Below, piece after piece: positions 14,750 through 26,825 of a stretch of DNA of 64,000 nucleotides; within the stretch, counting starts at the first letter, position 1, and every line of letters starts with the position of its first letter. Below the pieces are notes generated by a model. It was not told where the DNA came from, did no database searches, and saw only the letters and a program-made list of their open reading frames with translations. The stretch is from NCBI RefSeq assembly GCF_009914755.1, contig NC_060929.1. One strand, given 5' to 3'. This DNA comes from the human T2T-CHM13v2.0 reference genome, Homo sapiens. Position numbers and translations under genes: made by a program.

Positions 14750-15760
14750 AAAACAGCAGATGGCAGGCTGCCCCTTCCTCCGTGAGCTCCGTCTCAGGGA
14801 GGTATGGACCTGTTGCCAACCTGAACACATCTGTAAGGAGGTGGCTAGAGACCCCAGTTGGGAGCTCTCAGCCAGTCAAGAGGAATGGGATCAGAGACCT
14901 GCTTAAAGTCACAGTCTGGCCATGCTTTCATAGAGTAGTTGTGCTGTGCTAGGGTACTGCTTCCGCCCCCACTTGGCTTGGGCTCTCCAAAGTCTGGAGG
15001 CTGGAACAGCTAAGTTGCCCAAACAGCAAAGATGGCAGCCCACCCCTCCCTCTCAAAGCTCTGTCCCAGGAAGTTTTCAGATCTCTGTTGGCCAGAGAAC
15101 ACTGGCAGGGGTGGCTGGAGGGCCCAGGTGGGAGGTCCTATTCAGTGAAGAGGAATGAATCAGGGACTTACTTAAAGAAGTGCTCTGGCCGTGTTTTGGT
15201 AGAGCAGTTGTGCTGTGCTGGGGGATCCCGTCCACCTGGGGTCAGTTTGAACTCTCAAAAGCCCACAAGCTGGAATGGCTGTTGCCCAAACAGCTAAGAT
15301 GGTGATCCACCCCTCCAACTGGGAATTCTGTCCTGAGGGTAATTCAAATCTCTGTCAGCTGGAGGACACCAGTAGGGGTGCGTGGAGGCCCCAGTTAAGA
15401 GGTTTCACCCAGTGAGGAGAAATGGGATTAGGGACCTGCTTAAAGAAGCAGTCTGGCCACATTTTCATAGAGCAGCCGTGCTGCACTGGAGTATTGCTTC
15501 TGCCCCGGTCAGCAAAGGCTCCCCAAAGCCGACAGACTGCATTGTCTAAGTCGCCCAAACAGCAAAAATGGTGGTCCGTCCCTCCCTCTGGGAACTACAT
15601 CCCAGGAAGAATTAAAATCTCTGTCAGTGAGACACCATCATCAGGGGTGACTGGAGGCCCTGGTTGGGAGGTCACACCCAGTGAGGAAGAATGGACTGGG
15701 GACCCACTTAAAGAAACAATCTGGCCACATTTTGGTAGAGCAGCTGTGCTGTGCTGGGTC
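14750..15760. repeat. Four diverged ~268-bp tandem units in the L1 5'UTR
   Basis: The anchor tctggcc recurs at 14915, 15184, 15452 and 15720, each in a cagtgaggaggaatggg...gacc..cttaaagaa-like context. Confidence 0.85.
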
Positions 15761-16547
15761 AGTATTGTTGCCAGTGGTTGGCTGGAATTCCAAGCCAGCA
15801 GGTCTTATCCTGTGAGGCACTGTGGAAGTGGGGTCCGCCAAGTGTTGCTGCTGGATACCCTGGATTCAGACCCCTTCCTTGGGGCGTGTATGGAGGTCCA
15901 ACCTCCTGCCTTGCTGGAGTTGCAGTCACTTTTGCTGGGAAACCCAGAGGTGGAGTAGGTAAAGCTCCGGGGCCAACGTGCATGCCTGAGTGGCTGCTCT
16001 GCTGAGACTCCATGCAGAAATGTATGTCAGACTGAAGGCCCTAGTAGAGTGAATTCACAAGGGGATCTCCTGACCCAAGGGTTGCAAAGGTCCAAAGGAG
16101 AAGCATGGTTTCCCAGGGTCACACATTCACTCACTGCTTCTCTGAGCAGGGGAGATTGCCTTGGTTCCATCTTGCTCCCAGGTAGGCCATCATTTTGCCT
16201 TGCATTTCTTCATTCTCCATGGGTCAAGTTGTTTCCTTGATTTGTCTCCATGGGACAAATACCTGGATGTTTCAGTTGAAAATTCTGTATTTCCACCCCC
16301 TTTTGTTCCTCTCCATGAGAACCATGCACTGTAGCTGCTTCTAGGTGGCCATCTTGGCCCAAACCCCTCCCTCTGTTTTTAGACTAAGTACTATTCCGTT
16401 GTATATACACACTGCATTTTGTTTATCCATTCATACGTCAATGGACACTTGAGTTGCTTCTACCTTTTGGCTATTGTGATTAATGCTGCTGTGAACATGA
16501 GTGTACAAATATCTCTTTGAGTTCCTGCTTTCAATTCTCTTGAATAT

Positions 16548-19500
16548 TAAAAAGATAGAAAAAAAAAACAGGGTTTTTCCTACTCCTCAGTTGCTCAGTA
16601 CAACATTCTGACACAGATGTGTGGGTTGGTTTTGTCTGGTTTTGTTGTTAGTTTTTAAAATAATTGCTAATGCATGTAACACATTGCAGGATGCAAATCA
16701 CTTTCTCATATAATATGTCTTTTAGTTATTTTTTTTAAGTTCTGGAATACATGTGCAGAATGTGCAGGTTTGTTACATGGGTATACATGTGTCACGGTGA
16801 TTTGTTGCACCTATCGACCCATCATCTAGGTTTTAAGCCCCACATGCGTTAGGTATTTGTCCTAATGCTCTCCCTCCCCTTGCACCCAACCCTGACAGGC
16901 CCTGGTGTGTGATGTTCCCCTCCCTGTATCCATGTGTTCTAATTGTTCACCTCCCATTTATGAATGAGAACATGTGGTGTTTGGTTTTCTGCTCCTGTGT
17001 TAGTTTGCTGAGAATGATGGTTTTCAGCTTCATCCATGTCTCTGCAAAGGATATTAACTCATATTTTATGGCTGTGTGGTATTCCATGGTGTATATTTAA
17101 CACATTTTCTTTATCCAGTCTATCGTTAATGGGCATTTGGGTTGGTTCCAAGTCTTTGCTATTGTTAACAGTGCTGCAATAAACATATGTGTGCATGTAT
17201 CTTTACAGTAGAATGATTTATAATCCTTTGGGTATATACCCAGTAATGGGATTGCTGGGTCAAATGGTATTTCTGGTTCTAGATCCTTGAGGAATTGCCA
17301 CACTATCTTCCACAATGGTTGAAATAATTTACACTCCCACTAACAGTGTAAAAATATTCCTATTTCTCCACAGCCTCACCAGCATCTGTTGTTTCCTGAC
17401 TTTTTAATAATCACCGTTCTAACTGGCATAAAATGGTATCTCATTGTGGTTTTGATTTACGTATCTCTAAGACTAGTGATGGTGAGCTTTTTTTCACATG
17501 TTTTTGGCCACATAAATGTCTTCTTTTGAGAAGTATCTGTTGTTTATATCCTTTCCCCACTTTTTGATGAGGTTGTTTGTTTTTTCTTGTAAATTTGTTT
17601 AAGTTCCTTGTAGATTCTGGATATCAGCCCTTTGTCAGATGGATAGATTACAAAAATTTTCTCCCATTCTGTAGGTTGCCTGTTCACTCTGATGATAGTT
17701 TATTTTGCGGTGCAGAAGCTCTTTAGTTTAATTAGATCCCATTTGTCAATTTTGGCTTTTGTTGCCATTGCTTTTGGTGTTTTAGTCATGAAGTCTTTGC
17801 CCATGCCTCTGTCCTGAATGGTATTGCCTAGGTTTTCTTCTAGGGTTTTTATGGTTTTAGGTCTTACATTTAAGTCTTTAGTCCAACTTGAATTAATTTT
17901 TGTGTAAGGTGTAAGGAATGGGTCTAGTTTCAGTTTTCTACATATGGCTAGCCAGTTTTCCCAGCACCATTTATTAAATAGGGAAACCTTTCCCCATGAC
18001 TTATTTTGTCAGGTTTGTCAAAGATCAGATGATTGTAGATGTGTGGTGGTATTTCTGAGGGCTCTATTCTGTTCCATTGGTGTATATATCTGTTTTGGTA
18101 CCAGTACTATGCTGTTTTGGTTACTGTAGCCTGTAGTATAGTTTGAAGTCAGGTAGCATGATGCCTCCAGCTTTGTTTTTTCTTTTTTGCTTAGAATCGT
18201 CTTGGCTATATGGGCTCTTTTTTGATTTAATATGAAATTTAAAATAGTTTTTTTCTAATTCTGCAAAGAAAGTCACTGGTAGCTTGATGGAAATAGCATT
18301 GAATCTATAAATTACTTAGGGCAGAATGGCCATTTTCATAATATTGATTCTTCCTGTTCATGAGCATGGAATGTTATTCTATTTGTTTGTGTCCTCATTT
18401 ATTTCCTTTAGCAGTGGTTTGTAGTTCTCCTTGAAGAGGTCCTTCATGTCCCTTGTAAGTTTTATTCCTAGGTATTTTATTTTCTTTCTAGCAATTGTGA
18501 ATGGGAGTTCACTCATGATTTGGCTCTCTGTCTGTCTGTTATTGGTGTATATGAATGCTGGTGATTTTTGCACACAGATTTTGTATCCTGAGACTTTGCT
18601 GAAGTTGCTTATCACCTTAAGGAGTTTTGGGGCTGAGACGATGGGGTTTTCCGAATATATAATCATGTCATCTGCAAACAGAGACAATTTGACTTCCTCT
18701 CTTCCTATTTGAATACCCTTTATTTCTCTCTCTTGCCTGATTGCCCTGGACAGAACATCCAATACTATGTTGAATAAGAGTGGTGAGAGAGGGCATCCTT
18801 GTCTTGTGCTGGTTTTCAAAGGGAATGCTTCCAGCTTTTGCCCATGCAGTATGATATTGGCTGTGGGTTTGTCACAAATAGCTCTTATTATTTTGAGATA
18901 TGTTCCATCAATATCTAGCTTATTGAGAGTTTTTAGCATGAATGGGGTGTTGAATTTTGTTGAAAAGTTTTTCTGCATCTATTGAGATAATCATGTGGTT
19001 TTTGTCATTGGTTCTGTTTATGTGATGGATTACTTTTATTGATTTGTGTATGTGGAACCAGCCTTGCATCCCAGGGATGCCCACTGTCTGGGCTTGGGCT
19101 TTTCTTGGTTGGTAGGGTATTAATTACTGCCTCAATTTCAGAGCTTGTTATAGGTCTATTCAGGGATTTGACTTCTTCCCGGTTTAGTCTTGGGGTGTGT
19201 ATGTGTTCAGGAATTTATCTATTTCTTCTAGATTTTCTAGTTTATTTGTGTAGAGGTGTTTATAACATTCTCTGATGGTAGTTTTTATTTCTGTGGGATG
19301 AGTGGTGATATCCCCTTTATCATTTTTTATTGTCTCTATTTGATCTTTATTAGTCTAGCTGGTGGTCTATTTTGTTCATCTTTTCAAAAAACCAGTTCCT
19401 GGATTTATTGATTTTTTGAATGTTTTTTTTTTCTCTATCTTTTTCAGTTCTGCTCTGATCTTAGTTATTTCTTGTCTTCTGCTACCTTTTGAATTTGTTT

Positions 19501-22500
19501 GCTCTTACTTCTCTAGTTCTTTTAATTGTGATATTTGAGTGTCAATTTCAGATCTTTCCAGCTTTCTGATGTGGGCATTTAGGGCTATAAATTTCCCTCT
19601 TAACACTGCTTTAGCTATGTCTCAGAGATTCTGGTACATTCTCTCTTTGTTTTCATTGATTTCAAAGAACTTCTTTATTTCTGCCTTAATTTCATTATTT
19701 ACCCAGTAGTCATTCAGGAGCAGGTTGTTCAATTTCCATGTAGTTATGCGGTTTTGAGTGAGTTTCTTAATCTTGAGTTCTAATTTGATTGCACTGTGGT
19801 CTGACAGTTTGTTATTATTTCTGTTCTTTTGCATTTTGCTAGGAATGTTTTACTTCCAATTATGTGGTCAATTTTAGAATACATAATTATTTCCAATTAT
19901 TTGGTCAGTTTTAGAATACATGCTTTGTGGTGTTGAGAAGGATGTATATTCTGTTGATTTGGGGTGGAGAGTTCTGTAGATGTCTATTAAGTCTGCTTGG
20001 TCCAGAGCTGAGTTCAAGCCCTGAATATCCTTGTTAATTTTCTATCTCATTGATCTGTCTAATATTGACAGTGGGGTGTTAAAGTCTCCCACTATTATTG
20101 TGTGAGAGTCTAAGTCTCTTTGTAGGTCTCTAAGAACCTGTTTTAAGAATCTGGGTGCTCCTGTAGTGGATGTATGTATATTTAGGATAGTTACCTCTTC
20201 TCGTTGCATTGATCCCTTTACTATTACATAATGCCCTTTATTGTCTTTTTTGATATTTGTTGGTTTAAAATCGGTTTTTATCAGCGACTAGGATTGCAAC
20301 TCCTGCTGTTTTTTTGCTTTCCATTTGCTTGGTAAATTTTCCTTCATCCCTTTATTTTGATCCTATGTGCATCTTCACATATGAAATGGGTCTCCTAAAT
20401 ACAGCATATCCATGGGTCTTGACTCTTTATCCAATTTGCCAGTCTGTGTCTTTTAATTGGGGCATTTAGCCCACGTGCATTTAAGGTTAATATTGTTATG
20501 TGTGAATTTTATTCTGTCATCATGATGCTAGGTGGTTACTTTGCCTGTCAGTTGATGCAGTTTCTTCACAGTGTCATTGGTCTTTATAATTTGGTGTGTT
20601 TCTGCAGTGGCTGGTACCAATTTTTCCTTTCCCTATTTAGTGCTTCCTCCAGGAGCTCTTGTCAGGTAGGCCTGGTGGTGACAAAATCCCTCAGCATTTG
20701 CTTGTCTGTAAAGGATTTTATTTCTCCTTTGCTTATGAAGCTTAGTTTGGCTGGATAAGAAATTCTGCACTGAAAATTCTTTTCTTTAAGAATGTTAAAC
20801 ATTGGCTACCACACTCTTCTGGCTTGTGGGATTTCTGCAGAGAGATCTGCTGTTAGTCTGATGGGCTTCCCTTTTTAGGTAACCTGACCTTTCTTTCTGG
20901 CTGCCCTTAACATTTTTTTCCTTTGTTTCAACCTTGGAGAATCTGATGATTATGCGTCTTGGGGTTGCTCTTCTTGAGGAGTATCTTAGTGGTGTTCTCT
21001 GTATTTCCTGAATTTAAATATTGGCCTGTCTTGCTAAGTTTGGGAAGTTCTCCTGGATAATATCCTGAGGTGTGTTTTCCAAGTTGTTTCCATTCTCCCC
21101 ATCACTTTCAGGTATACCAATCAATCATAGGTTTGATCTTTTCACTTGGAGGCTTTGTTTCCCATATGTCTTGGAGGCTTTGTTCATTCCTTTTCATTCT
21201 TTTTTCTCTAATCTTGTCTTCATGCCTTATTTCAGTAAGTTGAGCTTCAGTCTCTGATATACTTTCTTTCACTTGATGGATTCAGCTATTGATACTTGTG
21301 TATGCCTCATGAAGTTCTCACACTGTTTTTCAGCTCCATCAGGTCATTTATTTTCCTGTCTACACTGATTATTCTGGTTAGCAGTTCCTGTAAACTTTTA
21401 TCAAGGTTTTTAGCTTCCTTGAGAATTTAGTTAGGACATGCTACTTTACTTGAGTTAGGACATGCTACTTTAGCTCAGAGGAGTTTGTTATTACCCTGTC
21501 TGAAGCCTACTTCTGTCAATTCATCAATCTCATTCTCCGTCCGGTTTAGTGCCCTTGCTGCAGAGGAGTTGTGATAATTTGGAGGAGAAGAGGCATTTGG
21601 TTTTTGGAATTTCCTGTGTTTTTCCACTGGTTTTTCCACATCTTCGTGGATTTATCTACCTTTGATCTTTGAGGCTGATGACCTTTGGATGGAGTGTTTG
21701 TGTGGGGGTCCTTTTTGTTGATGTTGATGTTGCTGCTTTCTGTTTGTTAGTTTTTCTTCCAACAGTTAGGTACCTCTACTGAAGGTCCACTGCAGTTTGC
21801 TGGAGGTCCACTCCAGACTCAGTTCACCTGCGTGTCACCAGTGAATGCTGGAGAATAGCAAGATTGCTGCCTGCTCCTTCCTCTGGAAGCTTCAACCCAG
21901 AGGGGCACCAGCCTGATGCCAGCTGGAGCTCTCCTATATAAGGTGTCTGTTGACCCCTGTTGGGAGGTCTCTCCCAGTCAAGAGGCATGGGGGTCAGGGA
22001 CCCACTTGAGGAGGCAATTTATCCCTTAGCAGAGCTCAAGTACTGTGCTGGGAGAATCCTCCTTGTCAGGATCAGTGACTCTTTTCAGAGCCACCTGGCA
22101 AAAAAGTAGAAGTTCACTGAAGCTGTGTCCACAGTCGCCCCTTCCCCCAGGCACTCTGTCCCAGGGAGATGGGAGTTTTATCTCCAAGTCCCTGACTGGG
22201 GCTGCTCCCTTTCTTTCAGAGATGCCCTGCCCAGTGAGGAGAAATCTAGAGCAGCAGCCTGGCCACAGCTGCTTTGCCACGCTGTTGTGAATTCCACCCA
22301 GTCCAAACCTCGCAGCCTCCTTAGCACTGTCATAGGAAAACCACCTACTCAAGCCTCAGTAATGGCAGACACCCCTCCCCCAGCCAGGCTCCATCGTCCC
22401 AGGTCAACTTCAGGCTGCTGTGCTGGCAGTTAGAATTTCAAGCCAGTGGTTCTTAGCTTGCTGGGCTCCATAGGAGTGGGACCTGCTGAGTGAGACCACT

Positions 22501-23510
22501 TGGCTCCCTGGCTTCAGCCCTTTTTCCAGGGGAGTGAATGGTTCTGTCTCCCTAGGGTTCCAGGCACCACTAGGGTATGAAAAAAAAACTCCTGCAGCTA
22601 GTTCGGTGTCTGCCCAAGCAGCTGCCCACTTTTGTGCTTGAAACCCAGGGCCCTGGTGGTGTAGGCACCTGAGGGAATCTCCTCGTCTGCGGAATGCAAA
22701 AATTGTGGGAAAAGTGTAGTATCCAGGGCAGGTAGCAGTCCTTCATTGGCTTCCCTTGGCTAGGGCAGTGAGGTCCCCCAGTTCCTTGCACTTCCCAGGT
22801 GAGGTGACACCCCACCCTTCTTCTGCTCATCCTCTATGGGCTGCACCCACTGCCTAACTAGTCTCAGTGAGATGAACTGGGTACCTCAGTTGGAAATGCA
22901 GAAATCTGCCTTCTGCATTGATCTCACTGGGAGCTGCAGACTGGAGCTGTTCTTATTCAGCCATCTTGCCAGATCCCCTTGTTGTTGTTTTTAACTACAC
23001 ACCAACCAAGCAATTGTGCAGCAAATATCAGTTAGGTGTCTCCTTATTTAATTCTACCTGGAGAATAACATCCCCTACTTTAGACATCAGTCATATGTAC
23101 TAGGCTCTCACCTATCCTTCTGACCAACCAGGTATAAATCAGAGTTCTCACGACCCCTCTTTGGATTGCATTAATCAGATAGGGTGGCTCACAGAACCCA
23201 GGGCAACACTTTACTTACATTTACTCATTATTATAAAGGATATTATAAGGAATACAGATGAATACTCAGATGGAAGAGATACATAGTGTGATGTATGGGA
23301 GAAGGGGCATGGAGCTTCCATGCCCTCTCCAGATGCCTCACTCTCCAGGAGCTGGCACATGTTCAGCTGTCTTGAAATTCTCCAAATCTAATCCCTTTGG
23401 GTTTTTACAGAAGTTTTATTATGTAGGCATGATTGATTAAATTGCTGACCACTGATGATCAGCTTAAGAGGATGGGAGGGTGAGGCTGAAAGTCTCAGTC
23501 TTCTAATCAT
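16548..23510 (-). mobile_element. MER21-type LTR split by an L1 (16548-16656 and 22979-23510)
   Basis: acaacattctgacacagatgtgtggg, then cacaccaaccaagcaatt...ggctcacagaacccaggg...aaggatattataaggaatacagatgaa...gatggaagagat. Confidence 0.7.
16722..22978 (-). mobile_element. Near-full-length LINE-1 (L1PA8-like), both ORFs disrupted
   Basis: 3'UTR, then an ORF2 RT fragment (18379-18978, [13 protein letters not shown]...LFADDMI), an EN fragment (19622-19834, SDHSAIKLE), ORF1 and a 5'UTR ending in the YY1 site gccatcttg near 22960. TSD ttgttgtt(a)gttttt. Confidence 0.93.
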
Positions 23511-24214
23511 GTGTGTTGGCCTATTAGCCATTTGCATATCTTTGGAGAGATGCCTATTCAAGTCCTTTGCCATTATTAAATCAAGTTGTTTTGTTGTCAT
23601 GTTTTAGTTGTAGGAGTTCTTTATATATTCTAGATATTTATCCCTTATTAGATATATGATTTGCAAATGTTTTCTCCCATTTCATGGGTTGGCTTTTCAC
23701 TCTTTTGGTTATGTCCTTTGCAGAGAAGTTTTAAATTTTGATATAGTCCAATTTATTTTTTTCTTTTGTGGACTGTGGTTTTGATGTCATATCCAAGAAA
23801 TTACTGCCAAACCCAATGTCATAAGGATCTCCTCATATTTTATCTTCCAAGAGTTTTATAATTTTAGGTTTTAATTTAGATTTTTGATGGTTTTATTTAA
23901 TTTTTATATATGATTTAAGGTAAAGGTCAAACTTTTTTCTTATGCATGTGTATATCCAGTTTTTCCAACACCATTTGTCAAAAAGACTACTTTCCCCATT
24001 GAATGGTCTTGGCACCTTTATAAAAATCACCTAACCATATATGTGTGGGTTTATTTCTGGGCTCTCAATTCTAGACCGTTGGTCTATATGTCTGTCTTTA
24101 TGCCAGTACCACACTATTTTGATTATATAGCTTTGTAGAAAGTTTTGAAATCAGGAAATGTGCAAACTCCAACTTCATTTCTTTTTTTCAGGATTGTATT
24201 TGTTATTCAGAGTC

Positions 24215-24632
24215 TGCTAATGTTTGAATGGTGGTGTCCTCTCCAAAGTTCATGTTGATACTGAATCCCCAATGCAACAGTATTGAGAGATGTAGCCTTT
24301 GGGAGGTGACTAAGTCATGACTAAGTCATGGGGGCTCTGCCCTCATGAATGGGATCAGTACCCTTATAGAAACGCTTAAGGTTGAAGGAAGTACTCTGTT
24401 GCCCATCCTTCCCTTCCACCATATGAAGACGTAGTGTTCATCCCCTCTGCTGAAGGATGCAGCAGCAAGGTGCCATCTTGGAGGCAAACAGCAACCCTCA
24501 CTAGACACCAAACCTGCCATTGCCTTGACCTTGGACTTCCCAGCCTCCATAACTCTAAGAAATAAGTTTCTACTCTTTATAAATTATTCCATCTTAAACA
24601 TTTTGTTATAACAGCACAAAGGGACTAAGACA
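24215..24632 (+). mobile_element. MSTB-like MaLR solo LTR
   Basis: tgctaatgtttgaatg...ggactaagaca with a 5-bp TSD gagtc / gagtt. Confidence 0.85.
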
Positions 24633-26825
24633 GAGTTCCTTAAAATTCCCTATGAATTTTAGGATGGGATTTTCTATTTCTGGAAAAAAATGTTATTGGG
24701 ATTTTGATAGGGATTGCACTGAATTTGTAGAATGCTTTGGTGGTATTGACCTCTTAACAATATTAAATCTTTCAATCCATTAACATGAGATGTCTTTCCA
24801 TTTATTGATTTCTTCTTTAATTTCTTTCAACATCATTTTGTAGTTTCAGTGTACAAGTCCTTAGGAATAAACTTAACCAAGGAGATTAAGTTAACCTCCT
24901 TGGTTAAGTTAATTCCTAAGTACTTTCTTGATGTTATTGTAAATAGAATTGTTTTCTTCATTTCCCTTTGGATCATTCATTGTTGTTTTATAGAAACACA
25001 ACTGATTTTTTTCTTGTCAACTTTGTATTCCAAAAGTTTGCTGAATTCATTTATTAGTTGAAGTTTTCCCTCCTCCTCAATATTTTGGAAGAGCTTGAGG
25101 AGGCTTTTATAAAATTCTTTTTAAAATATTTGGTAGAATTCAGTGAAACCATCTGGTCCTGCTAAATTAATTTATTGCTTTTTCTGGAAACTTTAGGGTT
25201 TTCTGTTTATAAGATTACATCATCTGTGAACAGAGATAATTTAACTTCTTCTTTTCTAATATAAATGCTTTTTATTTATTTTTCTTGCCCAATTGCACTG
25301 GCTAGGACTTCCAGTACTATGTTGAATAGGAGTGGTAAGATTGGGCATTTTATGATTAAAACACTCAAACTAGGAATAGAGAAAAACTACTGAAGTTTTT
25401 CTACTGTAAGTGTTGTAATCATGAAAGGGTGTTCAATTTTGTCAAATGTTTTTTCTAATCAATTGAGATAGTATGAAGATTTTCTTCATTAATCTGATGT
25501 ATTAAACTAATATTTTTGTTTGTTCTGTATGTTGAACCATCTTTGTTTTCCAAGAATTAATTTCACTTGGTCTGAGTGTATAATTCTTTCAATGTACTAT
25601 TAAGTTCTGTTTGCTAGCATTTTGTTGAAGATTCTCGTATCAGTATTCATCGAGGATATTGGTTTGTAGTTTTTGTTTCTTGTACTGTTTTTTCATGACT
25701 TTGAGATTAGGTTAATGTTGCCTCAAAAAATGGAAGTTTTCCAATAGAATGAAAACTACCTCAAATGAAAGTTTTCCCTCTTCTTTAATATTTTGGAAGA
25801 GCTTGAGGAGGATTGGTTTTAATTCTTTAAATATGTCTTAAGAGTTCACCAGTGAAGCCATCTGGTCCTGGGCTTTTCTTTGTTGGGATATTTTTCACTA
25901 CTAATCTAATCTTTTTACTAGTTATAGGTTTTTAAAAATATTTTCTATTCTTTTATGATTGTCTTGGTAGGTCGTGTGTTTCTAGGAATTTGTCCATTTC
26001 ATCTGGGTTATCCAATTTGTTGGTTTACAATTGTCTATAATATTCTTTTACAGTGCTTTCTATTTCTGTAAAATCCATAGTAATGTCTTCTCTTTAATTT
26101 CTGATTTTAGTTATTTAAGTCTTGTTTCTTTTGCTTAGTCACCTAGCTAAATATTTGACAATTTTGTTAATCTTGTCAAAAAATCAACACTTAATTTCAC
26201 TTATTTTTCTCTGTTGTTTTTCTATTCTTTATTTTGTCTATGTTCTAATTTCTATTTCCTTTCTTATGCTAAACTTGGGTTTAGAGTGTTCTTTTTTCTA
26301 GTTAAGGGGTAAAGTTATGTTGTCAATTTGAGATTATTCTGTTTTTATTTGTGCACTTGTAACTACGTATTTTTCTTTTAGCACTGCTTTCACTGTATCC
26401 CATAATTTTGGTATATTGTGTTTTCATTTTCATTTGTGTCAAGGCATTTTGGAATTTCTCTTTTGATTTCTTGTTTGACATATTCATTGTTTAATTTTTA
26501 CACGCTTGTGGATTTTTCATTTTTCAGTCTGCTATTGATTTCTAATTTCATTTCATTGTTATTGGAAAAAGTACTTTGTATGATTTCAACCTTCTAAAAA
26601 GTATGAATATTTAGTTTGTGGCCTAACGTGTGGTCTGTCCTGGAGAAGGTTCCATGTGCACTTAAGAAAAATATGTTTATTGCTATTGTCGAGTGGAGTG
26701 TTCTTTATATGTGCGTTAGTTCCAAGTGGTATAACGTCGTTCAAGTCATCTGTTTTTTTATTTATCTTCTACAGGTATTTTTTGTACCATAGGGATTACA
26801 TATATGTCCTAAAGTTATAACAATC

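Noticed and set aside
14746-16240. Cluster of ORFs up to 178 aa with repeated peptides
   Set aside because: These are by-products of the GC-rich tandem units of the L1 5'UTR.
18379-18978. 199-aa reverse transcriptase ORF
   Set aside because: It is a fragment of a disrupted L1 ORF2, next to an internal deletion.
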